Positions 39,025-52,249 of a stretch of DNA of 64,000 nt are shown here, piece after piece. The notes under the pieces were generated by a model. It ran no database searches and was not told the origin of the DNA. It saw only the letters and a program-made list of their open reading frames with translations. Both the position numbers and the translations under genes were made by a program. The DNA is from Vicugna vicugna (taxonomy: Eukaryota). Position 1 is the first letter of the stretch. Every line of letters begins with the position of its first letter. The stretch covers positions 443,599-507,598 of the forward strand of contig MU057930.1 of assembly GCA_013265495.1 (NCBI GenBank). The letters are read 5' to 3'.

Positions 39025-40726
39025 CAAGACTTTGTCTTTAAATTGCGGCAAGGATGCTGGGCGTGATAAAATTCCCAAATGGGAAAGCCAGTCACGGTTC
39101 CCGAAGACGCGCGTCAAAACCCCCTTCCCAAGCTGTTGACTCTGAGGTGGTTCAGTGTGTGCTTCTGACGAGGGTTTGCTTTCATTTCTCTTGACGGTTG
39201 ATGATGGACAACACATGTCCGTGTGTTGCTCTCTCCAAGAGGCCTGTGCTTTAGGATGAGGGGGTGACTCGGTTGCCCCAAAGCTGCATCGGGAGGACGT
39301 GTGGTACTGTCTTAGAGGTCAAAGCCATCCATGCCGACTACTATTATTGTCTTTGAAGTTGGGCGCACATCATCTTTCTTGGGTCTTCAGAACTCTCGTG
39401 GGGAGGGAGAATGCGGGCACAGCGTTTGGGTATTCCCCTCCCTTTGGGTCTAGTCGGCAGCCTCCCGGTGTCTCCCCCACCCCAAGGCTGTCTGCACCTG
39501 CAGCCAAGGCTGACACGCACAGGACGCATCATCACAACCACGCTGACCACAGAGAACCGCAGGCAAGAGACCCCCGCTGGACCGGCAGAGGGTCCCCACC
39601 GGGCACACGGGTGGCTCATTATCGCCAGGGCAGCAGGAAGCGTGGGGACAAGAAGAGTGTGGTCAGAGAGCAGGACACAGAGACCCAGCGTGGGACCGCC
39701 TCTCGGGCTGACCCGTTTGCGCCCAGGTGTGACAGAGTTGGTCTTCACAACACGTCTCCTGTGCATTTAAGACCACAGGAGTTCCCTTAATTGTTGAATC
39801 CAGCTCGGCTATTAAAAACTATGTCCTTCAAAGCCTTTTCTCCCCCAAGTGTTTTCTTTTGCAAAGTTTAATATACCTCTTGATAAGAGCCAGGGCTTTG
39901 TGACGGGACTGCAGCTGAGAGGGATGCCCTCCCTCTCACGGAAAATCCTTAAAGGGCTTCAGGAAACCACAGCTCAACACAGAGAAACATCTGTTTTCAT
40001 CTGTTCCTTTCCTCCCATCCTTTCAACTCAAGAGGTTCATTATTACTGTCATGGTTATGATTCTCACCCTTATTTCATCCCCCAGGAATCTACAATAATA
40101 GGTTTAAGAACTCACTTCCTAGCAAACATCTGAGTCCCCTTGACCGGCTCTTTGGCAGCGGTGAGGACAGATCGTCTCTGCCGAACACGGTGCGTTATCT
40201 GCCTCAGGTCTTAAAGCTGTGATGTCCACATCCCACAGGACTGACTCACAGGTTGGATTCATTACTTTTCTTTTCAAGAGTAGCTTTGAAAAAACAAATC
40301 AGTGTAGGCAAATGGGCTTTCTAGAAAAGTGTGCTTGATTCTTAAGAACTTTTTTTGGGGTACCAGGGAGCACTAGAGATGTTGTGGGGTTTCTGTGTGT
40401 GTGTGTGTGTGTGTGGTTATCTTTGGTCATTTCTAGCATCAGGTAAACTGTTTTCCTTCATGCACCACTTCAGTTCACCCTGGTGCAAATGGTATCTGGT
40501 AGGAGGATGGACAGCTGATGTTGGTGGTGGGGACTGAAGTCTGATTACAGTGGTCCCGCTGGGTTCCTGCTCATGTGCAAAGTCTGCAGAAGCTACAGGG
40601 TGAGCGTCATTAAGGAAGAAAGTGGGAAAATCCACAAGGATGGGGATGTTGCCAAGAGCCCCAGCTGGGCTTGCCTCCCCCTTTAATGAGATGTTTTGCT
40701 ATCTCATTAAAACTGAGGTGCCCTGC

Positions 40727-41359
40727 ATATTTCCAGAAAGAGCCCTACTTCAGAAAGACACCTGCACCCCAATGTTCACTGCAGCACTATTCACAATAGC
40801 CAAGACATGGAAACAGCCTAAATGTCCATTAACAGATGACTGGATAAAGAAGAGGTGGTGTATTTATACAATGGAATACTACTCAGCCACAAAAAAGACA
40901 ACATAATGCCATTTGCAGCAACATGGATGCTCCTGGAGAATGTCATTCTAAGTGAAGTAAGCCAGAAAGAGAAAGAAAAATACCATATGATATCAATCAT
41001 GTGGAAATAAAAAAAAAAGAAAAGAAAAGAAAGAAAAGAGCATAAATACAAAACAGAAACAGACTCACAGACATACAATACCAACTTGTGGTTGCCCGGG
41101 GGGAAGGGGGGTGGGAAGGGACAAACTGGGGGTTCGAAACTGGTAGATACTCACAGGCATATGCAGAGCAGGTAAACAAGATTATACTGTGTAGCACAGG
41201 GAAATATATACAGCATCTTGCAGTAGCTCACGGTGAAAAAGAATGTGACAATGAATATATGTATGTTCATGTATGACTGAAAAATTGTGCTCTACCCTGA
41301 AAATTGACACAACATTGCAAAATGACTATAACTCAATTAAAAACAAAAACAAAAACAAA
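40727..41359 (+). mobile_element. Young L1 (ORF2 end + complete 3'UTR + A-rich tail) with 18-bp TSD
   Basis: TSD aaaactgaggtgccctgc (40709-40726) / aacactgaggggccctgc (41360-41377) at a tt/aaaa site; peptide QKDTCTPMFTAALFTIAKTWKQPKCP. Confidence 0.95.
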
Positions 41360-41526
41360 AACACTGAGGGGCCCTGCCTGTATTCTGTGCATCTCCACCA
41401 CGACTGAGAAAGCCCTGCTTCGTTCCATCCTGAGGGGATCATCCAGGGGAATCCACGGAAAGTGCTGAGTGTTGCCAGAGCTTTAGCAACAGTTAACACA
41501 CATGTCTACATTCAAGGGTCCAGAGA

Positions 41527-42017
41527 TGAGGAAGGAAGCTACAAGCAAACAAAACAGATGGAACCAGCTGGGACCAAGATGGCGACAAACGTGACCTCCA
41601 ACAGAGCCTGATTTTACTCTGTTAGCTTATTAAGTGACACACCTACCGGCATCCAGGACCAGACATTAAAGACCAAAAAAACATAAAAAGGAGTGGTACC
41701 TGAGTCCCTTGGGAAAAGCCCCGGCCCTTCCCCATAGACTGGGGCACACGCCTTCTTATTATGAGCCTCATTCCTCCTTCCTTTGTCTTCACGCTTTAAG
41801 ATCAAATCCCTCCCAACACACGGGTGAGAAGTTGATCTGTGAACTGAGTTCCCGCTTCTCCATACTTTGACCACTGAATAAAGCTCATGCTGTGTCCCAG
41901 CTTCCGTTGCCTGGTTCACTCCCTCGAACCCCAATGGAAAAAGACCCCTCCCCCGGCCGAGGCAGCTCTGAGCCGGGCTCGGTTGTGAGCGGGGGTCCCT
42001 ATGACTTCCGTCAGCAC
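41527..42017 (+). mobile_element. MER41-like ERV1 solo LTR
   Basis: accagctgggaccaagatggcgac...tgacctc motif, AATAAA at 41877, TG...CA ends; boundaries approximate. Confidence 0.6.
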
Positions 42018-43734
42018 AAGAGCAGAAAACGTGCAGTGATGGGGGGTCTCCATCCTTGACCCAGTCAACACCAACTGTGCAGTTGATAACATCACGCTTT
42101 CCTCTTAACCTGTGTCTCACACGTGTGGTCATGCTCTCCAAAGACTTACAGTACATCCCCATGAGCTTCCATAAAGTCCCCCAGGGGCTACTTGACGACG
42201 AGGGGTGGGAATCTAACCAATTAACCTTATGAAAAAAAATGCATCACTTCCTCCACAATCCTTCTGGTTTTCTTCCTAGTAAAGCGCTGTTTTTGTATGT
42301 CTCCCAACACACACACACCGTTCCTTCCAAATGGCAGGTGAGACACAGTCTTGGGGTCCTTCTCTTTTCCTTCTTTTTTTTCCCCTTAACGATTAGTATT
42401 ATTCACATTTTTAAATTGCAGCCCCATGTTGTGAAAATGTTGCATCTCAGCAGTGTTTTTGCCCAGCATGAGGAAAATGTCCTTTGAAGTTTGTTTATTT
42501 TAAAAAAAAGACATGGAGAATTTGGACACAACATCTTGCTCCACCAAGAAGCTTTGTCTTTGTTGCTGAAAAGCATGTTCCTTGCCTGTGTCTCTTTAAG
42601 TGAACTCGAAGGCTGCGCTGTCAACGTTTCCAATAAAAAACCTTTGCATCATCCTTCAGGCTGAGTTCTGCCGCGACTGTGGATTTGCGGGCTGGGTGTC
42701 TTGTCTCTCCTTAATGCTGATAATCCTCAATTACGTTTCCAGCTCAATGTGCTAAAAAAAACAAAACAAACCAAAAACAAACAAACAAAAACCCAGCCAC
42801 ATTATTTAAAGACGTTTGGGTGACTAACTGGATGATCCTCTAAGCTTGAGTCGTGTTCTGAGTATAGATTCTTCTTTCGATGGGGGTTACATAGCTGTAG
42901 CATCTAAGAATAGCCATTAGCATGGACTTTTCCTACCTATCCTGTAAGTTACTTAAGAAAGACGACTCTGCAAACCTCCTGTTTTCTTTCATGCTTTTTT
43001 ACTCCCCACCATCAGTTAGAACCCATGCGGCTAGAAAATGCATGCGCTGCTACCTAAAAAAATGGCTGTGTTCTACTTAAAGCACAGAGTATTTTAGAAG
43101 ACGCCCCCTGCTCCCTTTAGATGCAAGGAGAAGGGGACGCCCCCACTCCCTTCTCAGCAGCCTCCCCACACCCCTGGGGCCTGAGATAAAAACAGAGCTA
43201 AGATCATCTCTTTTAACTAGGAAGATCTAGAGTTGGAGTTTCTCCCAACACCTAACATTCAAAAAGGGAAGACGTTCCTAAACTCCCCAATGTCACTTTC
43301 TATTTCTCTCCAACGTTTCGACGCGCACGGAGACTTTCCCTGTCTGTACAAAGCCACTTTTGATTGAGAGTGCCAAGGAGTTGTGGAAGGGAATTTGAGT
43401 TCCTCCTTTCTCTGTCACTCAGACAGGATAAGATTCCAAAGCAAATTGAGACGGAAAAGCGCATAGATCTAACGTTGGCTGAGGTCAGAAGCCTATGGCA
43501 GACGCAACAGCCCCCGTCCATCTGCACTATACAAATCCCAGGGACAGCCTGGGGGGAGTCTACCTTATGACGAGTTCCCATTTGATAGCCATGCCACGTG
43601 GCCTCCACCATGACTTGGAGGTCCTAGCAACCTGCCCCTCTCTCCCCAGCTCATCATTTATATCCAGTGACTCTTGGCTGTTCTCGGGATGGTCTCAATG
43701 TTTCAAAGCCCCTTACTAAGCCTTTCTAAGGTAG

Positions 43735-44345
43735 GTACTGGATGTGGAAATTTAAGAAGACCACCGTGATCTCTGTTCTTCATGACGATGCAACATGGCA
43801 AGAGGGTTTGTGCGGATTGGAGTATGTTCGTGATAAATTGGCACAGAGGTCATCAAAAGAGAGACTGTGCAGATTGGTCAAATCTAATGACAAGAGTCCT
43901 TTGAAAGCAGGGCATTTCTCTCTGCTGATGATAGAAGAGAAGTCAGAGAGATTCCAAGGGTGAGAAGGATTCTGTCCACCCTTGTGGACTTGAAGTTGGC
44001 ACGGCCACAGGTCAAGGCATGAATGTGGCTTCTAGAAACTGAGAGCACACCCCGGTTGACAGCCCGCGAACGAACAGAGACCTCAGTCCTGCAACAGCAA
44101 AGAACTCAAGTCTGCCGCTGCCCAGAATGAGTTGAAAGTGGGTTCTTTTTAAGAATCTGCAGATAAAGACCCAATGATCAACACCCTGATTTTACCTTGT
44201 GAGATGTCAAGAGACAAGTTAGCCATCCCCACTCTCTGGGACTTCCAACCCACAGAGAACAATAAATGAGTAAGATCAGTAAGTGGTAATTGTCTTAAGA
44301 CATTACGTTTGTGGTCATTTGTTTTGCCGTAGTAGAAAATTAATT
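43735..44345 (+). mobile_element. MLT1E-like MaLR LTR
   Basis: gaagtcagagagattc...gacctcagtcctgcaac...aacaccctgatttt...tttgtggtcatttgtt...agtagaaaattaat. Confidence 0.8.
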
Positions 44346-44489
44346 GGACCACGACTTTCTCAAAATCAGGGCAAATGTCTCTGATTATAAATCTGTGATT
44401 AATGCACTTATCTTCTTCATGCAAAAAGTAAAATCTTCATCCACCACTTCCATAAAAGAAAATGGAATTTGTTTTTACACTCTCTTTAT

Positions 44490-44740
44490 ATTTTAATTGA
44501 AGTATAGTTGATTTCCAATATAATATTAGTTTCAAGTGTGCAACATAGTGATTCAATATTTTTATAAGTCGTTCTTCATTTACAGTTATTACAAGATAAT
44601 GGATATGTTTCCCTGGGCTGTACAACGTATCCTTGTAGAGTATTTATTTTGTACTTTTGTACCTCTTAATCTCCTGTCCCTATCTTGCCCCTTTCCCTTC
44701 TCCTCTCCCCGCTGGTCACCACTAATGTGTTCTCTACATC
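44490..44740 (-). mobile_element. L1 3' terminus
   Basis: ttaattgaagtatagttgattt...gttattacaagataatgg...tttccctgggctgtac. Confidence 0.8.
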
Positions 44741-45649
44741 GATACATTCTCTTTAAAGGTAATTTTTATTGTCCCCTTCACCAAAAGTTAGGGCATACTT
44801 GAAGTGCGGCGTTTAAATAACTCACTGCAATTTTGAGAAAGCATACCATCACTGAGGCACAAATTTCTGCTGTCTTTCATTACCTGTGTGTCTTTATGAA
44901 ACTCACTTCTTTTAGTACCATTTTATTTATTTATTTTTATTCTGCTGCAACATGTAGCCACGCATCAAGCAACTTTTAAGGTGCACTGCCACTAGGAAAT
45001 CATTTATAATTTTTGGAACATGGAAGGCTCACCCGGAATTCCGTTTCTTGCATGAACTTGCACTTACTTGGACTTGCTGGTGAGAGTTGTGCTGATCCAG
45101 GGGGCGGGACGGAGAATGAGACTGCATTCCTGGGGAAGGTTTCAGGAACACCGAACACTATTTTAGTTTGTAAATATACAGGTCAGCCTTAGGGGAATTT
45201 TAAGCATTGTGTGATGGAGAAGAGAGGGTCTTGGTGTGGCAGGGGGGAAAAACAAATCTGCAGAGCTTCAAGAAGATGGGAGGAATCACAAGGTTTTCTG
45301 TTGTGTGTGTTTAAGAGGCTTAAAAGATTTGGGATAAGAATTCCTCCAGGCGCCTGGAAAGTCGCGTCTCTCTTTCCCACACCTGCTTTGTGGCATTGCT
45401 TCCGTCTTCAATCTAACTACCGTGTGCATATGTGATTTCATTATAAGCCACCTCAAATCCTTTGATCCCATGTGGAAGTGGGTGGGGGTATAACTTACGT
45501 CTAAATGATTGTGCTTTTGTGGTTTGTGGAAGAGATCTGTGTGCGTGTGAGCATGGAGGAGGGCATACACAGCCTAGGATGTCCAGAGGCAGGTGGGCCC
45601 AATAACCAGTGTAGACAATGTGGGAATGGAGAGCTAATTCCATTTTCTC

Positions 45650-46615
45650 TTTTTACCAAGGTTTTTGGAGATATAACTGCCACACCATGCAATTGGCCCA
45701 TTTAAAGTTGCATAATTCAATGCTTTTCAGTATCTTCACAGCACGGTACAATTGTTGCCAGATCCAAGCTCATTTTGCGCGCCACATGACAGGTCAATAA
45801 ATCCAGAGATGACACGTTAGAGCAAGGAACAGCTACTTTTTGGGGGGAAAGTCAGCTGACTGTGAAGGTGGCAAACTTGTCCTGAAGAACTATCTTCCCA
45901 GAGTCAGAATTCAGGCTTGTTTTACACTAAAAGGGGAGGGGATGCGGTTGGTTGTTGCAAACGTCTCGGTGCCAGCCAGACCCCAGAGGGGATGTGGTCA
46001 TTTTTCATTCTTGTAGCTGTCCACGTTGGTCTGGTCACAGTGTTCCTGCAAACCTCCAACAAGGCAAATGCTATTCTCTGTTCTGCAAACGTGTAGCTTT
46101 ACATGAATGGAAAGTGTTACGGCTTGAAAGGTCACAGCCTGGGAGGCAGAGCCTCGAGCCTGGGCTGCCCCATTATATTTCAGGCTCCAGGCAACATTCT
46201 TTCACAAAATGTGCAGAGCCAGCATGACTCAGCGCAGGCGACAGAGCAGAGAGGTTAGAGCTGAAGGAATAGACTCCCCGTGGAGCTGGGTTTCCTCTTC
46301 TCTGTTACACCACCATCCCCTGCAACTCATTTTAGAAACTTTTCAGCCCCTCGACAAGAAGCCCCGCGTTCTCCAGCGATCACTCAGCTCTTCCTCCATC
46401 CTGTCCTGACCCCGAGTCCCTGACGACCATGAATCTGCTTTCTGCCTGTACGGATTTTGAGTATTTTGTATCAATGGGATGATGCACTATGTGACCTTTC
46501 TGAATGGGCGTCTCTCACTGAGCACAATTTTGAAGTTCATGCACATTGTAAAGTACTTTCTTTCTCTTTGTGGCTGAGTGATACTCCATTGCATGCAGAG
46601 ACCACAATTTAACTA
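45650..46615 (-). mobile_element. L1MB-like 3' end interrupted by an LTR
   Basis: gagatataac...cccatttaaag...ttttcagtatcttcacag resumes after 46309 with cattttagaaac...aatctgctttctg...ggctgagtgatactccattg. Confidence 0.8.
45753..46309 (-). mobile_element. ERV1-type solo LTR nested in L1MB
   Basis: Clean tgttgcc...gttaca (TG...CA) block that precisely interrupts a contiguous L1 sequence. Orientation and family are inferred. Confidence 0.75.
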
Positions 46616-47587
46616 TTTTAATTTAAGATTCAAAGAGTCCCTGACAAGTCTACAGGCTCTGTCTGGGCCAAATTCTCGATGTGATTTTATTTAGCACAGT
46701 CTTCTCCTTGGACACCACCCCCGCCCCAAAAGCAGGTGGCTGTATTTGGTTTCCTTTTCTGTTAGGAGCAAAGAGTGACATATACAGTACTCTCCTTCCC
46801 AGACCCTACAGTGTGATAGCTTCCAAAATAACCTAGAAGGGAAGTCTAGGCTTGGCCAGTGGAGGTATCTACAGGACTCAGATCACAACCCAGAAAACAA
46901 TTTCATTAAGGTCAGAGCTAGTTTAAGAGGAAAAAACGTGGCTATGACCCATGATGGCGTTCCCTTGTCTCCCTGCAGAAATGAACGTAGTTACACACTC
47001 GGATACCAGAGAGGCAGAGGGATGCGCGAGGCCAGTGAAACAAGGAAGCAGGTGGACCCTCAGAGGAGGGGACACTCCACGTGACCACTCTCACTCCTGA
47101 CACCACTTGTGAGTTTGGGGGCGTCCCCTCGAACACCCTCAGCCACCGTGTGAGGTGCTGCAGGCTGCAAGGTCGCAGGCTTATGTGGCCAGCTCTGTAT
47201 GTCGCCTCCTCCTATCCACAGGAGAAATCCTGACATATTTTTTTTTCAATTAAATGCTACATCTGGTAGCTGTATAGAAAACAGTAGTTACCATACATTA
47301 GTTTTTTGAGATTCTAACAAATTAACCATCAGCTCTCTTTGACATTTAACTCATTTCCATATCATTGTATCTTTGAATTAAACTTTCTTAAAATTTGATT
47401 GAAGTATAGTTGGTGTACAATATTACATAAATTACAGGTGTACAACAACGTAGGGGGTCACCAGTTTTAAAGATTATATAAAACCCTGATATTTCAACAC
47501 AGCACAGAGTATCTTGGTGATTGTCTTGGTGATTCTCACCTGGAGGAGGAAGAGGGTGGGAGCACACACCTGTTACAGGTGGAGACA

Positions 47588-47616
47588 GAGGGAAGAGAGA
47601 GAGAGAGAGAAAGAAG

Positions 47617-47681
<65 letters not shown>

Positions 47682-47724
47682 GAAGGAAGGAAGGAAGGAA
47701 GGAAGGAAGGAAGGAAGGAAGGAA

Positions 47725-47778
<54 letters not shown>

Positions 47779-47835
47779 AAAAAGAGAGAGATAAAGAGAG
47801 AGAGAAAGAGAGGGAGAAAGAGAGGGAGAAAGAGA
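47588..47835. repeat. Compound polypurine microsatellite (GA)n-(GAAA)n-(GGAA)n-(GAAA)n-(GA)n
   Basis: Direct reading of the sequence. Confidence 0.98.
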
Positions 47836-50069
47836 TGAGAGCCAGCAGAAGAAAAGTTCTAAGACCCCCTGTGTTTCCTCTACAAGGAACCCTTCCACTC
47901 CCTGGGATATATTTGAAAAGGATGATAGGAGATGAAAGTAAATTGCTTTACATTTACACCCAATGAATCATGCTTGTTCAACACACCAGTTACATATGCT
48001 TCCCCCAGAAGAGTCCACAAGAAATACCAGGCACGTAGCTTAATGAGTTGGATTCCGGAGAGAGCGGTGCAGGGGTGAGAACTCGGGAGCCGGGATGGCT
48101 GGAGAACTCCTCCCAGCTCCCCTCCGACCACGCATCCTAATGAAATGGCTGTGGTGAAACCTCGTCTGGAACAAACGAGGGAATCCAGCGCGGTGGTCTT
48201 CAGCGCCCTTTTCATCTACAAAGCCCTATCCTCCGGGCCATGCTTTTGTTTCTGTTTCGCATACTACATAACCCCAGGCCCTGATGCTGTGCTGGTGGCT
48301 GTGTCTTTAAGCTGTGCACGTGATGAAAAATCTCAAACTTCCCAGGAAGGAGGGAGAGGCGCATTCATGGACTTGACTGTAACTAGTCTAGGAGTCTGGG
48401 CAAGGGTGGGGGTACCTGCTGCTCTGAAGACCACAGTCATCTTCACGGGTAATTTGGAGCTTCTACTGAATGCCCACATCCATGAGGTCTGGACAGGCCA
48501 AGGAGGCTGATGGGAAAGGGTCGGATGCTGGCCGACTCAAGCTCACTGAGGGCTGAGAATAGGCTGATGGCTCACACTTGTCCAGCCATGAGTGAGGACC
48601 GAAGCCGCCCATCACTGTGTGTCTTCAGTCCTGACACGAAGGGTCCACCTGCCAGCCCGAATGACTCTCCCTCCCTGGGGTTGTGGGTTGATGGGCTGTC
48701 ACTGGGTGAAATGGGTTGTTATTCCAGTGGTTGGGTTTTGTGTCTCTGATATGGTCTCCTGGTACCTCCCAGCTCAAGTTTTCCAATGAAGACACCGGAA
48801 CGTTGAATGACATTCAAGTTCTAGCCCATGGTTGGGTTCCCCCTGGCAAATGCAGGCCCCAGTCTGCCACCAGTGAGGTTCCCCCTGTACATTCCCTGGC
48901 TCTCCTTCTGATCTGCCCTGACCCTCCCTGATTTTTCACATGACTTTCCCACCACATATGCCTCCCTGGCCATGAGACCTGTGACGTAGAGGCAACGGTG
49001 TGATGACACATTGCAGGCTTGCCTTGCAGCTGAAATGACCTTCTAGGAAAATTGTCCTGAGGCTTTTATAAAGAAAGCTTGACCAGGAGCCAATACAAAT
49101 ACCCCTGATATTGAGCTAATCACAGGAGGTCACTTCCTTTCACTGAAACCTCAGCGGAAAGGAAAAGAACAAAATGAAACCCATTTTGCTGGAGTCACCT
49201 TTGTTGGGGAGGAAGCTGAGGATAACCCAAAGACGATGAGTGAGATCACACGGTGGTGGGTTTTCAATGACGGGCTGTGCACTTTTCTCCTCTTCCTGTT
49301 GGAGGTGGATGGTGATTAAGGGCTCATTCTTGCATTAAAGTGATCAAAGTCATGTTTTCATGAGATTAATCCGGCGACAGCAGGCACGATGGTCCGTGGC
49401 CTCTCCCCAGTGCTGCGCATATATTAGACACCTGAGGAAGCTATTAAGATGGAGAATATACAGGCAAAATGATACTTTAATTATGTGTCGTGGACTAAAC
49501 ACAATCGGAAGGAAGCCGATCTTTTGAAATGCACCAAGAACTTAAAAATCATGTGCATGGCCTCCGTGTTTCTTCTCTTCTCTTGGACCTTGAGAGCTGT
49601 TTCGTCTGTGTTTAGCTAAATCAGATACCTTTTATGTCTGTAATGCAGAAAACAGTGCATCCTCAGAGAAGGTGTGTATTATCAGGGCCGTATAGAGACG
49701 TTTCCTAAAATAGAAGACTGTGGATTTTCGACGAGCCGTGCTTGCATTCAGCACCGTAGCTCATGCTTGGGTGGTTGTCTCAGACACAGCTTGAGTTTGT
49801 GAACTTTCTGAGATGTCCAGTTGATAAGAGCAGATTCAGCCTGCATATTTCCAACTCTTCAAGCTGGCAAACTTAACTACTAAACGGTGTGTAACAGAGA
49901 GCTGGATTCTTTTTTTTCTAACTGAAAGAACCTATGTGGAAATCAAATTGTGGTTTCCAAAAACAGAGAATAGAGATGTACTTGTGTGCACTTTGACAGG
50001 GTACAATGGTCTTATCTTCTTTAAAAATTTCTCATTTTGTGTAAGGGTTATTTTGCTTGTCTACATGTT

Positions 50070-50272
50070 GCTTATCCATTTATCTGTCGATCTACTTATC
50101 AATCAATCATCTCTCTATCTACCTCTCTATCTCTATACCAATCATCTATCTATTATCTATGTATGTATCTACCAATCATATCTCTCTATCAACTATCTGT
50201 CTACCCATCCTGTCTATCTATCTATCTATTATGTATATATCATCCTGTCTATCCATCATCTATGTATCCATC

Positions 50273-50317
<45 letters not shown>

Positions 50318-50340
50318 CATCTATCCATCTATTTATCTAC
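50070..50340. repeat. TATC/TCCA array with a pure (TATC)n core
   Basis: Direct reading of the sequence. Confidence 0.95.
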
Positions 50341-51422
50341 TGAGCGTATTTTTTCTGGCATTAAAAAAATAGCAAAACCTTTGGCCACATGATTTTGGGT
50401 AGAAAACTATTTTATTTTATGAAATAATGAACTGCTGAGATCATGAACTTTTAAGGATATGACCCACCAGTTTTCTGGAGGATCAGTCACTTTTATGAGC
50501 CTCACAAGCGTCCAAGTGTAACCCAATGTGGAAATAGGGTTTCTTCCCCTGTTTGGGGCGGAGCTGTGAGTTCTTTGACGGATGTTTCTTCATTCAAGCT
50601 GAATTTGTACAGAAATAAAATCGGAGGGAGGGGGTGTTTCTCTCCCATAGCCCCTGCATTTTCAATGCTTCCATACTGAAGGTCTTCTTTTGTGAAAAAT
50701 ATTCACACCACGATTAACACTTGGATCCCAATGCTTAAAATGGAGAAACCACACACAAGGCTGTTTGGGAAACATAAACCCAAGTAGGTGAGTTTTAGCG
50801 TTTGGACTTCGAAGTGTTCCATCTGGAGATCCACCGTGGGTTAAAGGAAAAGCGGCCAACTGTCCACCCTAATTGTTGGTCAGTACGTACGCCCAAGGGT
50901 CTCGCAGAGGCTTTGACCCACGGATTTAACCGAGCCAGAGGATTTCTTTCATCCTGGCAGAAATCAGTTCACTTTTAGGGTGGACAGTAACATCTGGACA
51001 ACAACTTGGGTTGGGTAGCTTTCCGGAGACTCTGTTCTTTCGGTTTGCAAGGAGAACTTCTGTCTAATTAGTTGGAAAATCCTGAGGCACTCGGTTCAGG
51101 CTGCACAGCTGGGCAACGCTTGTGCGCTTTGTCAGACGTGATGAGCAAGACATTTCCTCGTTCCCTCAGTGACGCTCATTCGAATGGAAGCCTGGTTTCG
51201 ATGAGCTTGTTGTGACACGAAATCAGAATGAGGGCTTTTAGAAAACCTTTAGGAAGGGCGAGAGCTCACCCTACGTCGTCTTTGAGATGGCGGATAGGAC
51301 ATCGACAAGGTCAGTTGAGCTCACAGGACTGAAACCATGCAGGTGGCAGTTTTGAGAAACAGAACAGAGGTGGTCGGGCAGGTGCTGCTGAAGGGTGTGA
51401 AAGAGCTTTGTGAGGCTGAGAG

Positions 51423-51652
51423 CAGCAGCCCCTCGACCAGGAGTGATTCTGCTGAACCTCCCATCTCCCTGGGACACTTGACGATATCTCTGGGCATTTT
51501 TGGTTGTCATAGTGGGAAAACGAGGTGCTTCCGACATCTGCTGGGTGGAGACCAGAGATGTTGCGTGCTCAACACTCTACATGCACAGGGCAGCCCCCAC
51601 CTGAGAAAGTCATCCACCTCCCAATGTTTCCAGGACTGAGTTGAGAGAATTT
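51423..51652 (+). mobile_element. MER20-like hAT-Charlie element, copy 1
   Basis: gtgattctg...gggacacttg...catttttggttgtca...catctgctgggtggagaccagagatg...atgcacagggcagcccccac. Confidence 0.8.
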
Positions 51653-51702
51653 GTCTTAGCAGAAGAGAATCCTGTTGTCCATTTATCTGTCTGTCTATCT
51701 AT

Positions 51703-51925
51703 GGGGGTGATTCACAACCCAGGGGCAAATCTTCCTCCCAGGGGACATTTGGCAATGTCTGGGGAGAGTTTAGAACCATTGAAACTGTCAGAATTGTCCA
51801 ACTGACATTTAATAAGGGGATGCAAGGATGCTGCTCAAAATCGTCCTGTGCACAGGTACCTCCTCCAGCAAGAACGAATTATCCATCCGAACGTATGAGC
51901 GGTTCTGAGGCCAAGAAGGCCTGCC
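51703..51925 (+). mobile_element. MER20-like hAT-Charlie element, copy 2
   Basis: cccaggggacatttggcaatgtctgg...ggatgctgctcaaaatcgtcctgtgcacagg...aagaacgaattatcc. Confidence 0.75.
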
Positions 51926-52249
51926 TGAGGAGTGACACAGCTGTGAAAAAGTAAGACATGGGTCACGTGGGGATCTGTGATGGAAGAACTGCAGGGGACG
52001 TCCCTGGAGCCAGTGTTTGGTTTTGTTTCGCTTCTGCGTGGAGGGATGGCAGAGGAGAGAGAGGGTAGCTAGGACTCTGATATGAGGGGACCGTCCTGGG
52101 TGGGTGGAACCTGTGAGAAAACTGAAAGGACTCTTTTTGTATTCAGTTCTTAACTGTTTGTGCAGGTTTGCGACTGGTCTCTTCCTCATCTCCCAAACTT
52201 TCAGAGAAGCGTGATGCACACGGAGGGGTCTCGTGGGATTTAATTCACC

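Noticed and set aside
41707..41715. STAT1 GAS site expected in MER41-type LTRs
   Set aside because: The sequence is ccttgggaa, which does not fit TTCNNNGAA.
47514..47966. KERK/KEGR-repeat ORF (150 aa)
   Set aside because: Translation of the polypurine microsatellite.
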